DNA of 60,066 nucleotides from a virus (taxonomy: Duplodnaviria; Heunggongvirae; Uroviricota; Caudoviricetes). The position numbers and the translations under genes were made by a program. The first letter of the stretch is position 1. Each line of letters begins with the position of its first letter. Under the pieces are notes generated by a model. It was not told the DNA's origin. It saw only the letters and a program-made list of their open reading frames with translations, and did not search any database. Location: positions 1-60,066 of IMG/VR virus record IMGVR_UViG_3300037851_000345, one strand, 5' to 3'. Of this stretch, positions 19,008 to 28,500 are shown piece by piece.

Positions 19008-19840
19008 TGCAAGCAAAAATTCTCCACGAATCCATCATCGACCCAGCGCAGGAATCTGAAAATCCCTACGTTTGGCGAAACGGAAAAATCAATCCGCTGA
19101 TTCGTGTAAAAATCGTTGACATCCTCAACGAGTTAAAAATCGTTTGGAGGGAGTTGACAATCGTGGGTTCCATCACAGGTAAATTTTGGAGCCACGAATC
19201 CGATATCGATTGCACCGTGTTCTGCGATGTCGCTGTTGAAACGTTGGAAAAATACCGCAAACTCACAAGGGTCATCAACGAGCGCAACTTCTTCGGGCCG
19301 TTTCCAATCAACTTCTACTTCCGCACGGACGAAGTGAAGGACTTGGACACCTTGGCTGACGGCATCTACGATTTGCTTCAGGATAAGTGGGTGAAGGAAC
19401 CCGCCGACATAGATGAAGTGGAGGAAGTACTGGCCAATCCTAAGAAACTCGCGGGACGAATTGCAAAGCGTCTTGATACTCAGTTAGATGATGTAGCGGA
19501 GATGACACAGAAGTTGGTGGATGATTACAAGAACGGCGGGGACTTCGAAGAAAAATTGAACTTGCTTCAATTGGAATTGGATGATTACATCAACTCCTTG
19601 GATGCCATCCACAAGAAGCGAGTGGACGAGTTCCAAAAGAGTTTGGAAGGGACGGACTTGGGTATCGTGCGTAAGTATCGCAGCCGCAACTTCCTTCCTT
19701 GGAATATTTGCTATAAACTCCTTGTTAAATGGCTCTATTTTAAATGGTCCTCTATCTTCCGCGATGAACTTAAAGATGGGGAACTAAAACGTTCCGAATT
19801 AAAAGATTTAATGAGACGTTTTGTTCGATATTGGATATAA
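19007..19840 (+). CDS. Pol-beta-superfamily nucleotidyltransferase-domain protein
   Basis: IVGSITGKFWSHESDIDCTV (GS...DxD) motif, GIYDLLQDKW. Start set at the TAATG overlap. Confidence 0.75.
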   Translation: MQAKILHESIIDPAQESENPYVWRNGKINPLIRVKIVDILNELKIVWRELTIVGSITGKFWSHESDIDCTVFCDVAVETLEKYRKLTRVINERNFFGPFPINFYFRTDEVKDLDTLADGIYDLLQDKWVKEPADIDEVEEVLANPKKLAGRIAKRLDTQLDDVAEMTQKLVDDYKNGGDFEEKLNLLQLELDDYINSLDAIHKKRVDEFQKSLEGTDLGIVRKYRSRNFLPWNICYKLLVKWLYFKWSSIFRDELKDGELKRSELKDLMRRFVRYWI

Positions 19841-19856
19841 AATTTTAACAAAAATA

Positions 19857-19956
19857 CTAAATAATAGTGTAGGGACAAGGAGTAATTACCCCTTTAGAAA
19901 ACTCCGATTTTTCTAAATTACCTACACTATTTTAATCCATCGGAGGTATTAAAATG
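19857..19956 (+). ncRNA. Repeated structured leader, copy 1 (late promoter + 3-way junction + RBS pseudoknot)
   Basis: P1 AATAGTGTAGG/CCTACACTATT; loop CTCCGAT complementary to ATCGGAG (19939-45). Confidence 0.8.
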
Positions 19957-20160
19957 AATCAAAAATATTTTACAGAAGAAGAACGAAAGGAAGCCCAAAA
20001 ACAATCACGGGAAAAATGGGCGAGTTAAAATTCAAATTATAATGAAGACTATTATCAAAAAATAAAGAAGAAATAAAAAACAGACAAATGAAATATTACA
20101 GGGCAAAGGGGATATTGCCCAGAACCAAATTAACAGAAGAAGAAAGAAAAAATAGAAAAA
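19954..20160 (+). pseudogene. Degenerate endonuclease gene (N-terminus like the HNH at 15978..16586)
   Basis: MNQKYFTEEERKEAQK* versus MYKKYFTEEERRLAK; early stop and frameshifts. Confidence 0.65.
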
Positions 20161-20290
20161 CAAGTATGCAATCTATGTTATGGATGATACAGGAGAAATG
20201 GAAGCCTATAATGCTGCCGATGATTTCATAAAACCCGAAACCGTGATTAAGAAATTCGGATTACAAGACTACATCAAGCCAAGAAACTAG

Positions 20291-20309
20291 GTGTGGTATA
20301 ATTAAGGTA
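20291..20309 (+). promoter_or_regulatory. Extended -10 promoter class GTRTGRTANAATTAARG
   Basis: Recurs at 39205, 40790, 42666, 47954 and 49963. Confidence 0.7.
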
Positions 20310-20311
20310 GA

Positions 20312-20887
20312 ATGAAGTTCAAATTTTCTGAGCCTGAATATACGAAGGAAATGGAAAATTGGTTCGTCAAACGAACCCAAGCCCACATAAAATCGGTACA
20401 GAATTACTGCAAGAAAATCGAAAACTACGACCCTAAGAAATTCAAGGGACTAGTCGAAACCGCACGTTGGCACGATTCTAGCAAGTTCAGGGAACCCGAA
20501 AGAACCCCGTACATCTTTACCACTTGGATGTACAGGTGCAAGAATTTAACCCCCCCTGTTCCCTACACGCCGCCCGAAGAAATGAAGAAGCCGATGGACG
20601 AGGCAACGGCGCACCACATTAAAAACAACTCTCATCATCCTGAGTATTGGACGGATATCACGGCAAACTTGGTAAACCCCGACGCAAGAGACGAAGCCTC
20701 TCAGGTGATTGATGCCACAAAAATGAGTACTTTGGCAATCGGCGAAATGGTGGCTGATTGGTTTTCCGTTGCGAAGGAACGACACAATACTGTTAAATCT
20801 TGGGCCGACAAAAACACAAACAAAAGATGGATGTTCACCCCCGAACAAACCGAATTAATCTACGAACTAATAAATAACATTAGATAG
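20312..20887 (+). CDS. HD-like protein (DUF5662-like)
   Basis: HIKSVQ...HDSSKF...HHIKNNSHHPEYW...EMVADW. Confidence 0.7.
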   Translation: MKFKFSEPEYTKEMENWFVKRTQAHIKSVQNYCKKIENYDPKKFKGLVETARWHDSSKFREPERTPYIFTTWMYRCKNLTPPVPYTPPEEMKKPMDEATAHHIKNNSHHPEYWTDITANLVNPDARDEASQVIDATKMSTLAIGEMVADWFSVAKERHNTVKSWADKNTNKRWMFTPEQTELIYELINNIR

Positions 20888-20899
20888 CGAGGTAAAAAA

Positions 20900-21298
20900 A
20901 TGACCGAACGAGCGAAAATCGCATCGGCACACAGGGATAAAAAACGAATTTTCGCCCCCGAAATTCCCAAACCGAAAAGCCACAACAAGAGTGAAAAGGT
21001 ATGGTATCTTCAGTACCGCTACACGGAAGAAGTGTGGGAAAAAATGATGGCTGAAGATAAAAGGAGAGAGGAAGAATTTGGTAACAAACGCTGGATGCCG
21101 TGGGTTTGGACAGTCGGAAAAAATAATGATTGGGTGAGAGAGGGAAAATATTACGAAAAAGAAGCCGCTGAGGTTGTGATGAATCAGCAATTGAAGCATC
21201 AAAAAGAACACAATTGGGGTTGGAACCACGAGTATCGAATCATCCACAAGGACGATTTACAAAAGGAGAAAAATGAAAAAAAGATGTTGGCAGTGTAA
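20900..21298 (+). CDS. Hypothetical protein
   Basis: ORF with GAGG SD. Confidence 0.65.
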   Translation: MTERAKIASAHRDKKRIFAPEIPKPKSHNKSEKVWYLQYRYTEEVWEKMMAEDKRREEEFGNKRWMPWVWTVGKNNDWVREGKYYEKEAAEVVMNQQLKHQKEHNWGWNHEYRIIHKDDLQKEKNEKKMLAV

Positions 21299-21461
21299 TG
21301 GCTCAAAATTTTGGTGGGAATCTCAATCAAATATTGGTAGTGACCCCTTGCCTGGAGTTTATAAAACTTGTCCAATTTGTCACGGAGAGGGGGTAATTAA
21401 AGAAAGAGAAAATTTAGATAAAACAAAGGAGAAAAATGGACGGAAGAGAAATAAAATTTAG
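21273..21461 (+). CDS. Small DnaJ-type Zn-finger protein
   Basis: CWQCNGS...CPICHGEG. Confidence 0.6.
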   Translation: MKKRCWQCNGSKFWWESQSNIGSDPLPGVYKTCPICHGEGVIKERENLDKTKEKNGRKRNKI

Positions 21462-21891
21462 GTATTGGGATTCAGTGGCAGGGAAAATGTTTGACGATGA
21501 TGCGTTCGAAACCAACAATCTCCCTAGTGATGTCGAAGTGATGCAGTACACAGGCCTTAAAGACAAGAATGGGAAAGAGATTTATGAGGGCGATGTTGTC
21601 AAGACTGATCCTGACCATCCAGCCCTTAGATTGAAATCACCCAACTGGGATAGGGAACGAAAGGAAAAAGACTACAGGCTAGAATACACAAAAGGACAGG
21701 TAATGTGGCAGAATTCAGGGTGGTGGATTGGGGAGTATTATCTAGGAGCAGTAGAGATGAACGAGTTTGCCCTGTGTAATTGTTGCCCATGCGGGTTGGA
21801 AATTATCGGGAACGCTTTTGAAAATCCTGATTTAGTAAAGTTTGTGGAGAAAAATGAAAAAGTACAAAACAGTAACGAAGAAAGTAAGTGA
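21436..21891 (+). CDS. YopX family protein
   Basis: REIKFR.WD...MQYTGLKDKNGKEIYEGDVV...EIIGNAFENPDL. Confidence 0.9.
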   Translation: MDGREIKFRYWDSVAGKMFDDDAFETNNLPSDVEVMQYTGLKDKNGKEIYEGDVVKTDPDHPALRLKSPNWDRERKEKDYRLEYTKGQVMWQNSGWWIGEYYLGAVEMNEFALCNCCPCGLEIIGNAFENPDLVKFVEKNEKVQNSNEESK

Positions 21892-22111
21892 GTTGGATTC
21901 TGTAAAATGCGATTTTTGCGGGAAGATTCGTTCGTGGGATATTTCTCTAGGGAAGACGGAATTTATAGAAGCGCAAAATTTCGTACACATCGAAAAGACG
22001 AATCACTATGGTTCCATCCTTGGAGACACGTTGTTGGATAATGAGAAAATCGAACTAGATATTTGTGAAGAGTGCTTCAAGAAGTATATTCTTGATAAGA
22101 TAAAGGAGTAG
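21854..22111 (+). CDS. Hypothetical Zn-ribbon protein
   Basis: CDFCG...DICEECF. Confidence 0.65.
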   Translation: MKKYKTVTKKVSELDSVKCDFCGKIRSWDISLGKTEFIEAQNFVHIEKTNHYGSILGDTLLDNEKIELDICEECFKKYILDKIKE

Positions 22112-22168
22112 AAAAGTGAAAGAATGAAATTATGGTAGCAAAAAGAAAAGGTATTAAAGGAGAATAAG

Positions 22169-22384
22169 ATGGTAAGTGTTTATTTGAAGGAAAAGGAAAA
22201 TTTTGAGTCGTTGTTGAGAAGGTTTAAAAAGAAGGTGACTGACGAGCGTATCGTTACGAACTATCGTGAGCGCACGTACTTTCTGAAGCCGTCCCAAAAA
22301 AGGAGGCTGTATGAAAAAGAGAAACAAAAGAAAATCAGAAAAGCAAATGCTAGAAGAACAGCAGATGCTATTAAAGAACTTTAA
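22169..22384 (+). CDS. rpsU: 30S ribosomal protein bS21 (phage-encoded)
   Basis: V.LKEKENFESLLRRFKKKV....IV..YRER.YF.KPS.KRR is the bS21 signature. Confidence 0.93.
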   Translation: MVSVYLKEKENFESLLRRFKKKVTDERIVTNYRERTYFLKPSQKRRLYEKEKQKKIRKANARRTADAIKEL

Positions 22385-22613
22385 TTCTCATGAGACAGAC
22401 GGAATCAAGCAACTTATAAAAGAACTGCACAAAATTCGCAAGGTGGACGTTAGCAGGGAAGACTTTCTTACTGTTGAAAAACAAATTGAATACATAACCG
22501 AACAGCAGTTCTACTACGTAGGAGATTTCATCATTGAAATGGGATGGATGTTGGACAGGGGAAAGGTGGAAACTTTTTGGAAATACCTACAATTGGAATT
22601 TAGCCCTAAATAG
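22365..22613 (+). CDS. Hypothetical protein
   Basis: ORF overlapping the 3' end of rpsU; start uncertain. Confidence 0.5.
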   Translation: MLLKNFNSHETDGIKQLIKELHKIRKVDVSREDFLTVEKQIEYITEQQFYYVGDFIIEMGWMLDRGKVETFWKYLQLEFSPK

Positions 22614-22622
22614 GAATGTAAG

Positions 22623-22930
22623 ATGGGTACTATTTATATTACCACTAATTTAATTAATCAAAAACAATATGTGGGCAAACCACAATGAATTTTGAAAAAA
22701 GAAAAAATAGCATACGTATCCAAACAGTTGTCGATGTTTTTATGGAAGTATCAAAAAATATGGAATTAACAATTTCAAATGGATTCATTTTGATTGTCTA
22801 TATGTGGTAACGAAAATCATCAATATGGGAAAACAGGAGAAAATAGTCCTAATTGGGGACGAAAAATACAACAGAAACATTGGAAAAAATGAAACAAGCA
22901 AGATTAAAATATTGGGAAAATAAAAGGAGG
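22623..22930 (+). pseudogene. Degenerate GIY-YIG homing endonuclease
   Basis: MGTIYITTNLINQKQYVGK then frameshifts; remnants such as SIKKYGINNFKW and GENSPNWG; CTAAATA upstream. Confidence 0.8.
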
Positions 22931-22937
22931 ATAGAGA

Positions 22938-23690
22938 ATGGCTGAAAATGATAATTGGACACTAGAAAACCCAGATGATAATATGTGGGGAGAAATGTTT
23001 TCTGATGAATTAGACCGTGAAAGATGGCGTACTAATTTTGGCAAGGATTCAGAAGCGGCTGAAACAGCAAGTTATTGGCGTGATTTAGTGCCTGGAATTG
23101 AACCTTCTGTTGCGGCAATTTATCACAAAGAAGGGTTAACCCCTTATGAAATTGGAGACTATCAACAAGCAGGCATCACCGATTACAAAGAAGTACTTGG
23201 ATGGCACGGAGTTAACGCACAACCCGAAGTGGCTTTGGCCTTCAGGGAAAAAGGCGTAAATTCCGATACTTACGCCAAGTGGTCGAAAATCGGGATACAA
23301 GACCCCGACATGATGATTCGGTTCTCCGAGGACTACAAACTAGACCTGACTCAGTTGGAGAAGTTTGTTCGTCCCCTGCTCGACAGCAAGGCTCTTGAAC
23401 TCGCTGACGTTCCGAAGTGGTTGGAAGCAGGCGTGGTTCTGCAAGAGTTGCAGAGTTGGTTGGAAGCAGGCTTTAAATATCCTTCGTTGGTGAAGGCTTG
23501 GAAGTCGCTGAGAATGAAGCCCGATGATGCGAAGAAGTGGGAAGAGATCGTAATTTATCCCCGTGAAGCCGCAAGGTGGATTGGGGCGGGATATAAGAAC
23601 GTAGAGGACGTGGCAGGCCTGATTAAACAGGGATACCATTCCCCCGAAGAGATTGATGCTGAAGCTGAGAACTTGGTCGTGAAGGGTTAA
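22938..23690 (+). CDS. Hypothetical protein with short W-x-x-x-G helical repeats
   Basis: Repeating KWLEAG/SWLEAG/RWIGAG units; strong SD. Confidence 0.7.
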   Translation: MAENDNWTLENPDDNMWGEMFSDELDRERWRTNFGKDSEAAETASYWRDLVPGIEPSVAAIYHKEGLTPYEIGDYQQAGITDYKEVLGWHGVNAQPEVALAFREKGVNSDTYAKWSKIGIQDPDMMIRFSEDYKLDLTQLEKFVRPLLDSKALELADVPKWLEAGVVLQELQSWLEAGFKYPSLVKAWKSLRMKPDDAKKWEEIVIYPREAARWIGAGYKNVEDVAGLIKQGYHSPEEIDAEAENLVVKG

Positions 23691-23691
23691 A

Positions 23692-24015
23692 ATGGCTTTC
23701 CACGTCAATCAAAAGCGTTTGCTGAAAGAAGAAAAAGAAAACGGTGCAGCAAACGTAACCTATTACGAAGGCAAATGCATGACGTGTGAGCATAGCCCTG
23801 ACAGGGAAAGCAGAGCAGCTTGCCCTAGGGCTGACTTTTTCTCTGTTACTTCCTACATTTCACGGACAGCAAGGGTTAAAACTACCACTCACCTCTGCAA
23901 GAATTGGATACTTTGCTCAGAAATCACATCTTGCTTCAAGAAAAACGCATCTACGGAGACACAAACTGCCCCGCAAAATACTTTTAAAGGTAAATTTCAG
24001 AAAAACAATAAATAA
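23692..24015 (+). CDS. Cys-rich hypothetical protein
   Basis: CMTC...C...C pattern; in-operon ORF. Confidence 0.6.
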   Translation: MAFHVNQKRLLKEEKENGAANVTYYEGKCMTCEHSPDRESRAACPRADFFSVTSYISRTARVKTTTHLCKNWILCSEITSCFKKNASTETQTAPQNTFKGKFQKNNK

Positions 24016-24050
24016 AAGTAGATTCAAAACAGTTTAAAAAGGAGTTCTTG

Positions 24051-25325
24051 ATGAACGAGAAAATTACTATCTTAATTCCGAGTTGCGGAGTCAATTTTGA
24101 AGGCGCTCTCAAACCCTGTATCGAAAGTCTGTTGTTTACTACAGACCTGAAAGTAAAAAATGAACTCTTGTTGATGATGAACGGAATGAAGGACGAGAAA
24201 AAATTCGATACTTTTATCAACCCCCTCATCGATGCGGGTAATCAAATTGACTACGTTTGGTCTAATAAGCCTCTTGGCTACGTGGGTGCGATTAATACAG
24301 GATTGAGACATATTTTTTCACAAAAAGAAACACCTGACTATGTGCTGTTCCTGAACGATGACGTTACCGTACACACAATCGCTTTGTTTGAAGAGATGAA
24401 GGCGAAGTTCCAAGAAGACCCGCTATTGGGTTTGGTCGGCGCAAAGTCCCTACCGTGTCCAATTACGGGCGTGGACTTCCCGTTGGGGTGGTGCGTTCTT
24501 ATCAAGAAGGAAGTGTTCGAAAAAATTGGCTACCTTGATACTGCTTTCGGCATCGGATATGGAGACGATACGGACTTCGCCATCAAAGCTATCAAAGCAG
24601 GCTACCATGTATTTTCCTACGTCAATGGCTACGACAAGAAACTGAAAAAGTCGGTTGGAAATTTTGGCGCGGCGCACTTGGGCGAAGGCACGATGCACTC
24701 AGGCGAGTTTTTCTCGTTGGAAGATTGGGACAAACAGACGGCAAAGAACAGAGGCTTGCTTGCACAGCGATATTGGGAGCGGGTACACGTAATCGTTCCC
24801 GTCTACAAACGCTACGCCAAACTACAAAAGGCCTTGAACGGATTGCGGAACCAATGGTACACCAACCTTGTTGTTCACGTTGTTTCTGACGGGGACGATA
24901 ACGGGGTAAAGGCAATTGTCGAAACGTACAAGGCGGCGTGGGGACAACAGCAATTTGCGCCTGAGATTGAGTACAGTTTCGTGGAACCTCCAGAAAGAGG
25001 ATACGGGGGACTTCCTCGTAAAAGTATTTTAGATTCATTAGAAAGTGCCAAAAATGAATGGGTTTGTTTCGTAGATAGTGATAATAGTGTCAACCCCGAC
25101 TACATTTTAAAACTATGGCAGGCTACTTTTTTGAAACCAGAAATAGGAATGGCTATCTGTAAAATTAATCATATTGAGCAAGGAAATCGAGTAATTCCAG
25201 AGCCTGAATTTTGGGAAAAAATAGAATGGTCTCATATTGATAGTTTAAACGCTTTTGTACGTCTTGATATTGCTAAAAAACACGCAGATAAGTGGATACA
25301 CGATAAAAAAAGAACAATAATTTAA
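24051..25325 (+). CDS. Glycosyltransferase with two GT2 domains (second one C-terminally truncated)
   Basis: ITILIP...LFLNDD...GYLD..FG.GYGDDTD; VHVIVPVYKR...CFVDSDN...HIDSL. Confidence 0.9.
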   Translation: MNEKITILIPSCGVNFEGALKPCIESLLFTTDLKVKNELLLMMNGMKDEKKFDTFINPLIDAGNQIDYVWSNKPLGYVGAINTGLRHIFSQKETPDYVLFLNDDVTVHTIALFEEMKAKFQEDPLLGLVGAKSLPCPITGVDFPLGWCVLIKKEVFEKIGYLDTAFGIGYGDDTDFAIKAIKAGYHVFSYVNGYDKKLKKSVGNFGAAHLGEGTMHSGEFFSLEDWDKQTAKNRGLLAQRYWERVHVIVPVYKRYAKLQKALNGLRNQWYTNLVVHVVSDGDDNGVKAIVETYKAAWGQQQFAPEIEYSFVEPPERGYGGLPRKSILDSLESAKNEWVCFVDSDNSVNPDYILKLWQATFLKPEIGMAICKINHIEQGNRVIPEPEFWEKIEWSHIDSLNAFVRLDIAKKHADKWIHDKKRTII

Positions 25326-25335
25326 TATGATAACA

Positions 25336-25439
25336 CTAAATAATAGTGAGAGACAGGGTTCGCTACCTTTTCAAAATGCTTATCCCACTTTGAATCATCT
25401 CACTATTTTAAATTTGACTTGGATAAGGGGTTGAAGATG
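25336..25439 (+). ncRNA. Repeated structured leader, copy 2
   Basis: P1 AATAGTGAGA/TCTCACTATT; loop CTTATCC complementary to GGATAAG (25421-27). Confidence 0.8.
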
Positions 25440-25553
25440 AATCAAAAAGTTGGGACGATTTATGTGGCTACCAATCTAATCAATGAGAAGCAATATGTTG
25501 GACAGACAACTCAAAAATTGAACGACAGGAAAATATTTAGAGGTAAAAAATGA
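25437..25553 (+). pseudogene. 38-aa GIY-YIG N-terminal stub, stop overlaps the next ATG
   Basis: MNQKVGTIYVATNLINEKQYVGQTTQKLNDRKIFRGKK*. Confidence 0.8.
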
Positions 25554-28500
25554 TAGAAAAAAATAATCAATCACCAGTAATAAGTGGAATTGTTACACAT
25601 GATTATCAGTTTATTAAATCTTGTGCCGAAGAAACAAAAGTTGAATGGGTGGACGAAGTGCTTGGTTCACACGGACAGGAAATGAACGTCCTTGTCGTGG
25701 CTGTCTGCTACAACGAGGAAAAGATGATTCCGTTCTTCTTACGGCACTACGAGAAGATTGCTGAGAAAATTTTGGTCTTTGATGGCGGCAGTACCGACAA
25801 AAGTTTGGAACTTTTGAAGGCAAACCCGAAAGTCTCAATCGTTTCAGTCCCGAACAGCAAGATGAACAACTTGGAACTGATGAAAATTCGCAACGAGGGA
25901 TGGAAGCCGTACCGACACGACTACGATTGGGTCATCGTGTGCGACATCGATGAGTTCTTGTGGCACAAGGATTTGAAGGGGAAACTAGAAGAGTTCCGCA
26001 AGGCAAGGATCACAGTTCCTGCCGTTACAGGCTACCAAATGACGGCAGAAGCCTTCCCTGACAACAACCCGCTGACACAGATTTACGACCACTTCAACGA
26101 GGGATACCCTGACCCCGAACACCTGAACAAGTCGATGATTTTTAACCCGAACTGCGTGGACATCAGGTACGAGATGGGTTGCCACAAGGCCAATCCAATC
26201 GGAGTAGTCAGTTACTCATCCGAATCGCTCTACCTTTTCCACTACAAGTACGTGGGCTACGAAGAGTTCATCGGACGCAACAAGATGTTGGCGGCAAGAG
26301 TTAGCGATGAGGACAAGAAGAATAATTGGGCATTCCACTACGCAAGAGATGCACAGATGTCCTTTAAGGACTTCAGAGAAATCGTGCAGAAGGGTGCGCC
26401 AATAATCAACGACTCTCCTGTTATCAACCCGTTACTTTCACGCAAGGATTTAAAGGCACAAAACGCTGGCGTGTTCAGGGAGATTATTGAACTAAACGAG
26501 TACCGTGTTTCCAAGAAAGACTTCACAAACAAGAACGTGATTGACGTAGGTGCGAATATCGGCGTGTTTACCCTGCTTGCGAACGAGTATGGGGCAGAAA
26601 GAATTGTCGCAGTCGAACCAAATACGCCGACCTTGGAAGTCCTGAAGAAGAACACGGCGGGTCGGGGAATAATGGTACTCGACAAGGCCGCTGGAAAAAA
26701 GGGCGGCGAGCATGTACAGATGGTGATGCGTCCTGAGTTCTGTGCGACAGACGGCAGAATATTCTCGCAGAGTGCGCCGACAGGGATTGAAACCATCGGC
26801 CTAGACCACTTGGTTTCGCTCGTAGATGACGGCAAGCCGATTCTGCTGAAGGTGGACTGCGAGGGTGCGGAATACGACCTGTTCTACGGAGCAAGTCTGA
26901 AGGCGTTGAGTAAGATTCAGACGATTGTGATGGAAGCCCACGAAAATATCTACCGCACGGAAGGACAGACGGGGCTTATCGACAAGTTACGCCATTACCT
27001 GACGAGTTTGGGATTTGAGGAAAAATATTTTTACTCTGTAGGCGAACAGGTGAAGATGATCCGCTTCGACAGGGTGAATCCGATTGAAGACAATATCACC
27101 GTTGTGATTTCGGCATTCAACCGCCCTGAACTTTTGAAAGACCAAGTAGAAGCCATCCGAAAGCAGACGCTTCAGCCGAAGGAAATTATCGTGTGGCTCA
27201 CGAAGTCGAAGCACTACGAGAACGAAAAGTGGGTCGAAACAAAATTCGAAATTCCTGAAGGAGTTACGCTCGTTTCAACGGAAAAAGACCTGACGCTTCC
27301 CGCACGATTTGCCGCGACGCTATTTGCCAAGACAAACTACGTGCTATTGCTTGATGACGATGTGTTTCCTGCCGAGGGCTACTTGGAAGAGACTCTGAAA
27401 GTGTCGAAGCGTGAGAACGCGGTCGTGTCAGCCTACGGGATGCTCTACAACAGGCGTGGGTTGAATGATGGCGAGGCAGACCGCTACGGAGACCACGGCA
27501 CGAAAACGAATGACCCTATCGAAGTCGATGTGGGTGGACACAGTTGGTTCGGCAAGAAGGAGTGGTTCTCACTCTTCTTTCGTGAGCCTGCACTCTCTCC
27601 GACTGAGGGAGACGATTTACACTTTTCCTACATCCTGAAGAAGTACACCGACATCAGGACGATTGTTTCTGCGATGCCCGAAGACAACAAGTTCATTTGG
27701 TCGAACACCAATTCCGATGCGGGGATGGGATTCAGGGCTTTACACGCACGGAAGTGGGACGATGTGAAAATATGGACTGACCCGACCAAGACGAGTTGGG
27801 GAGTCGAAGACAAGGACTACTTGGAAAAGAACCTAAAGGCCTTCCAAGCAAGACGGCAACAAATGATGAACCGCTACCGAGCCGAAAAGAAATGGGAACC
27901 TCTACAGGCACAAAAGGTGGTGGAAGAACAGAAAATCGAAGTTACGGTAGATATCGCTACCAAGAATCGCTACTTTTCCACGTTGCCGACAACACTGTTG
28001 TCCGTGATGATGCAGACGTACCCGATTAAGAAAATCATCATCGTGGATGATTCCGACCCTGAGAAAGACGGCAAGATGAAAGACCTACGCCAAAACCCGA
28101 TGTACCAATACCTGTTCAGTATGATTTCCAAGAAGGGAATCGAATGGGAAGTAGTTTTCGGCGTTCACAAGGGACAACACCACAGCCACCAAATCGTGAT
28201 GGACAGGGCAAAGACCGATTTCATTTGGCGTTTGGACGATGACGAGTACGCCGAGCCGAATGTGTTGGAAGAGTTGGTCAGTCAAATGAACAGCGGTGTA
28301 GGACTTGTAGCAGGACTAGTTCTAGACCCGATACAATCTCAGCAAGCACCGCCGAACTACTTCAACAACAACAGGCTTGCCGATATCAACACGAGGGAAA
28401 ACACCCAGTGGCTGATGCAACCGAAGGGTAAGACGATTGAAGTCGAACACCTCTACTCGTCCTTCTTGTACCGCAAGGTCGAGGACATCAAGTACTGCTT

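Noticed and set aside
19857-19956. Repeated leader as a hammerhead, HDV or twister ribozyme, or a known riboswitch
   Set aside because: No CUGAnGA/GAAA core or other consensus I recognise. An Rfam scan is still needed.
25326-25549. Group I/II intron or intein interrupting the GT gene
   Set aside because: Only ~225 nt, fully explained by promoter, leader and stub. No recognisable catalytic core, and both flanks have their own stop and start.
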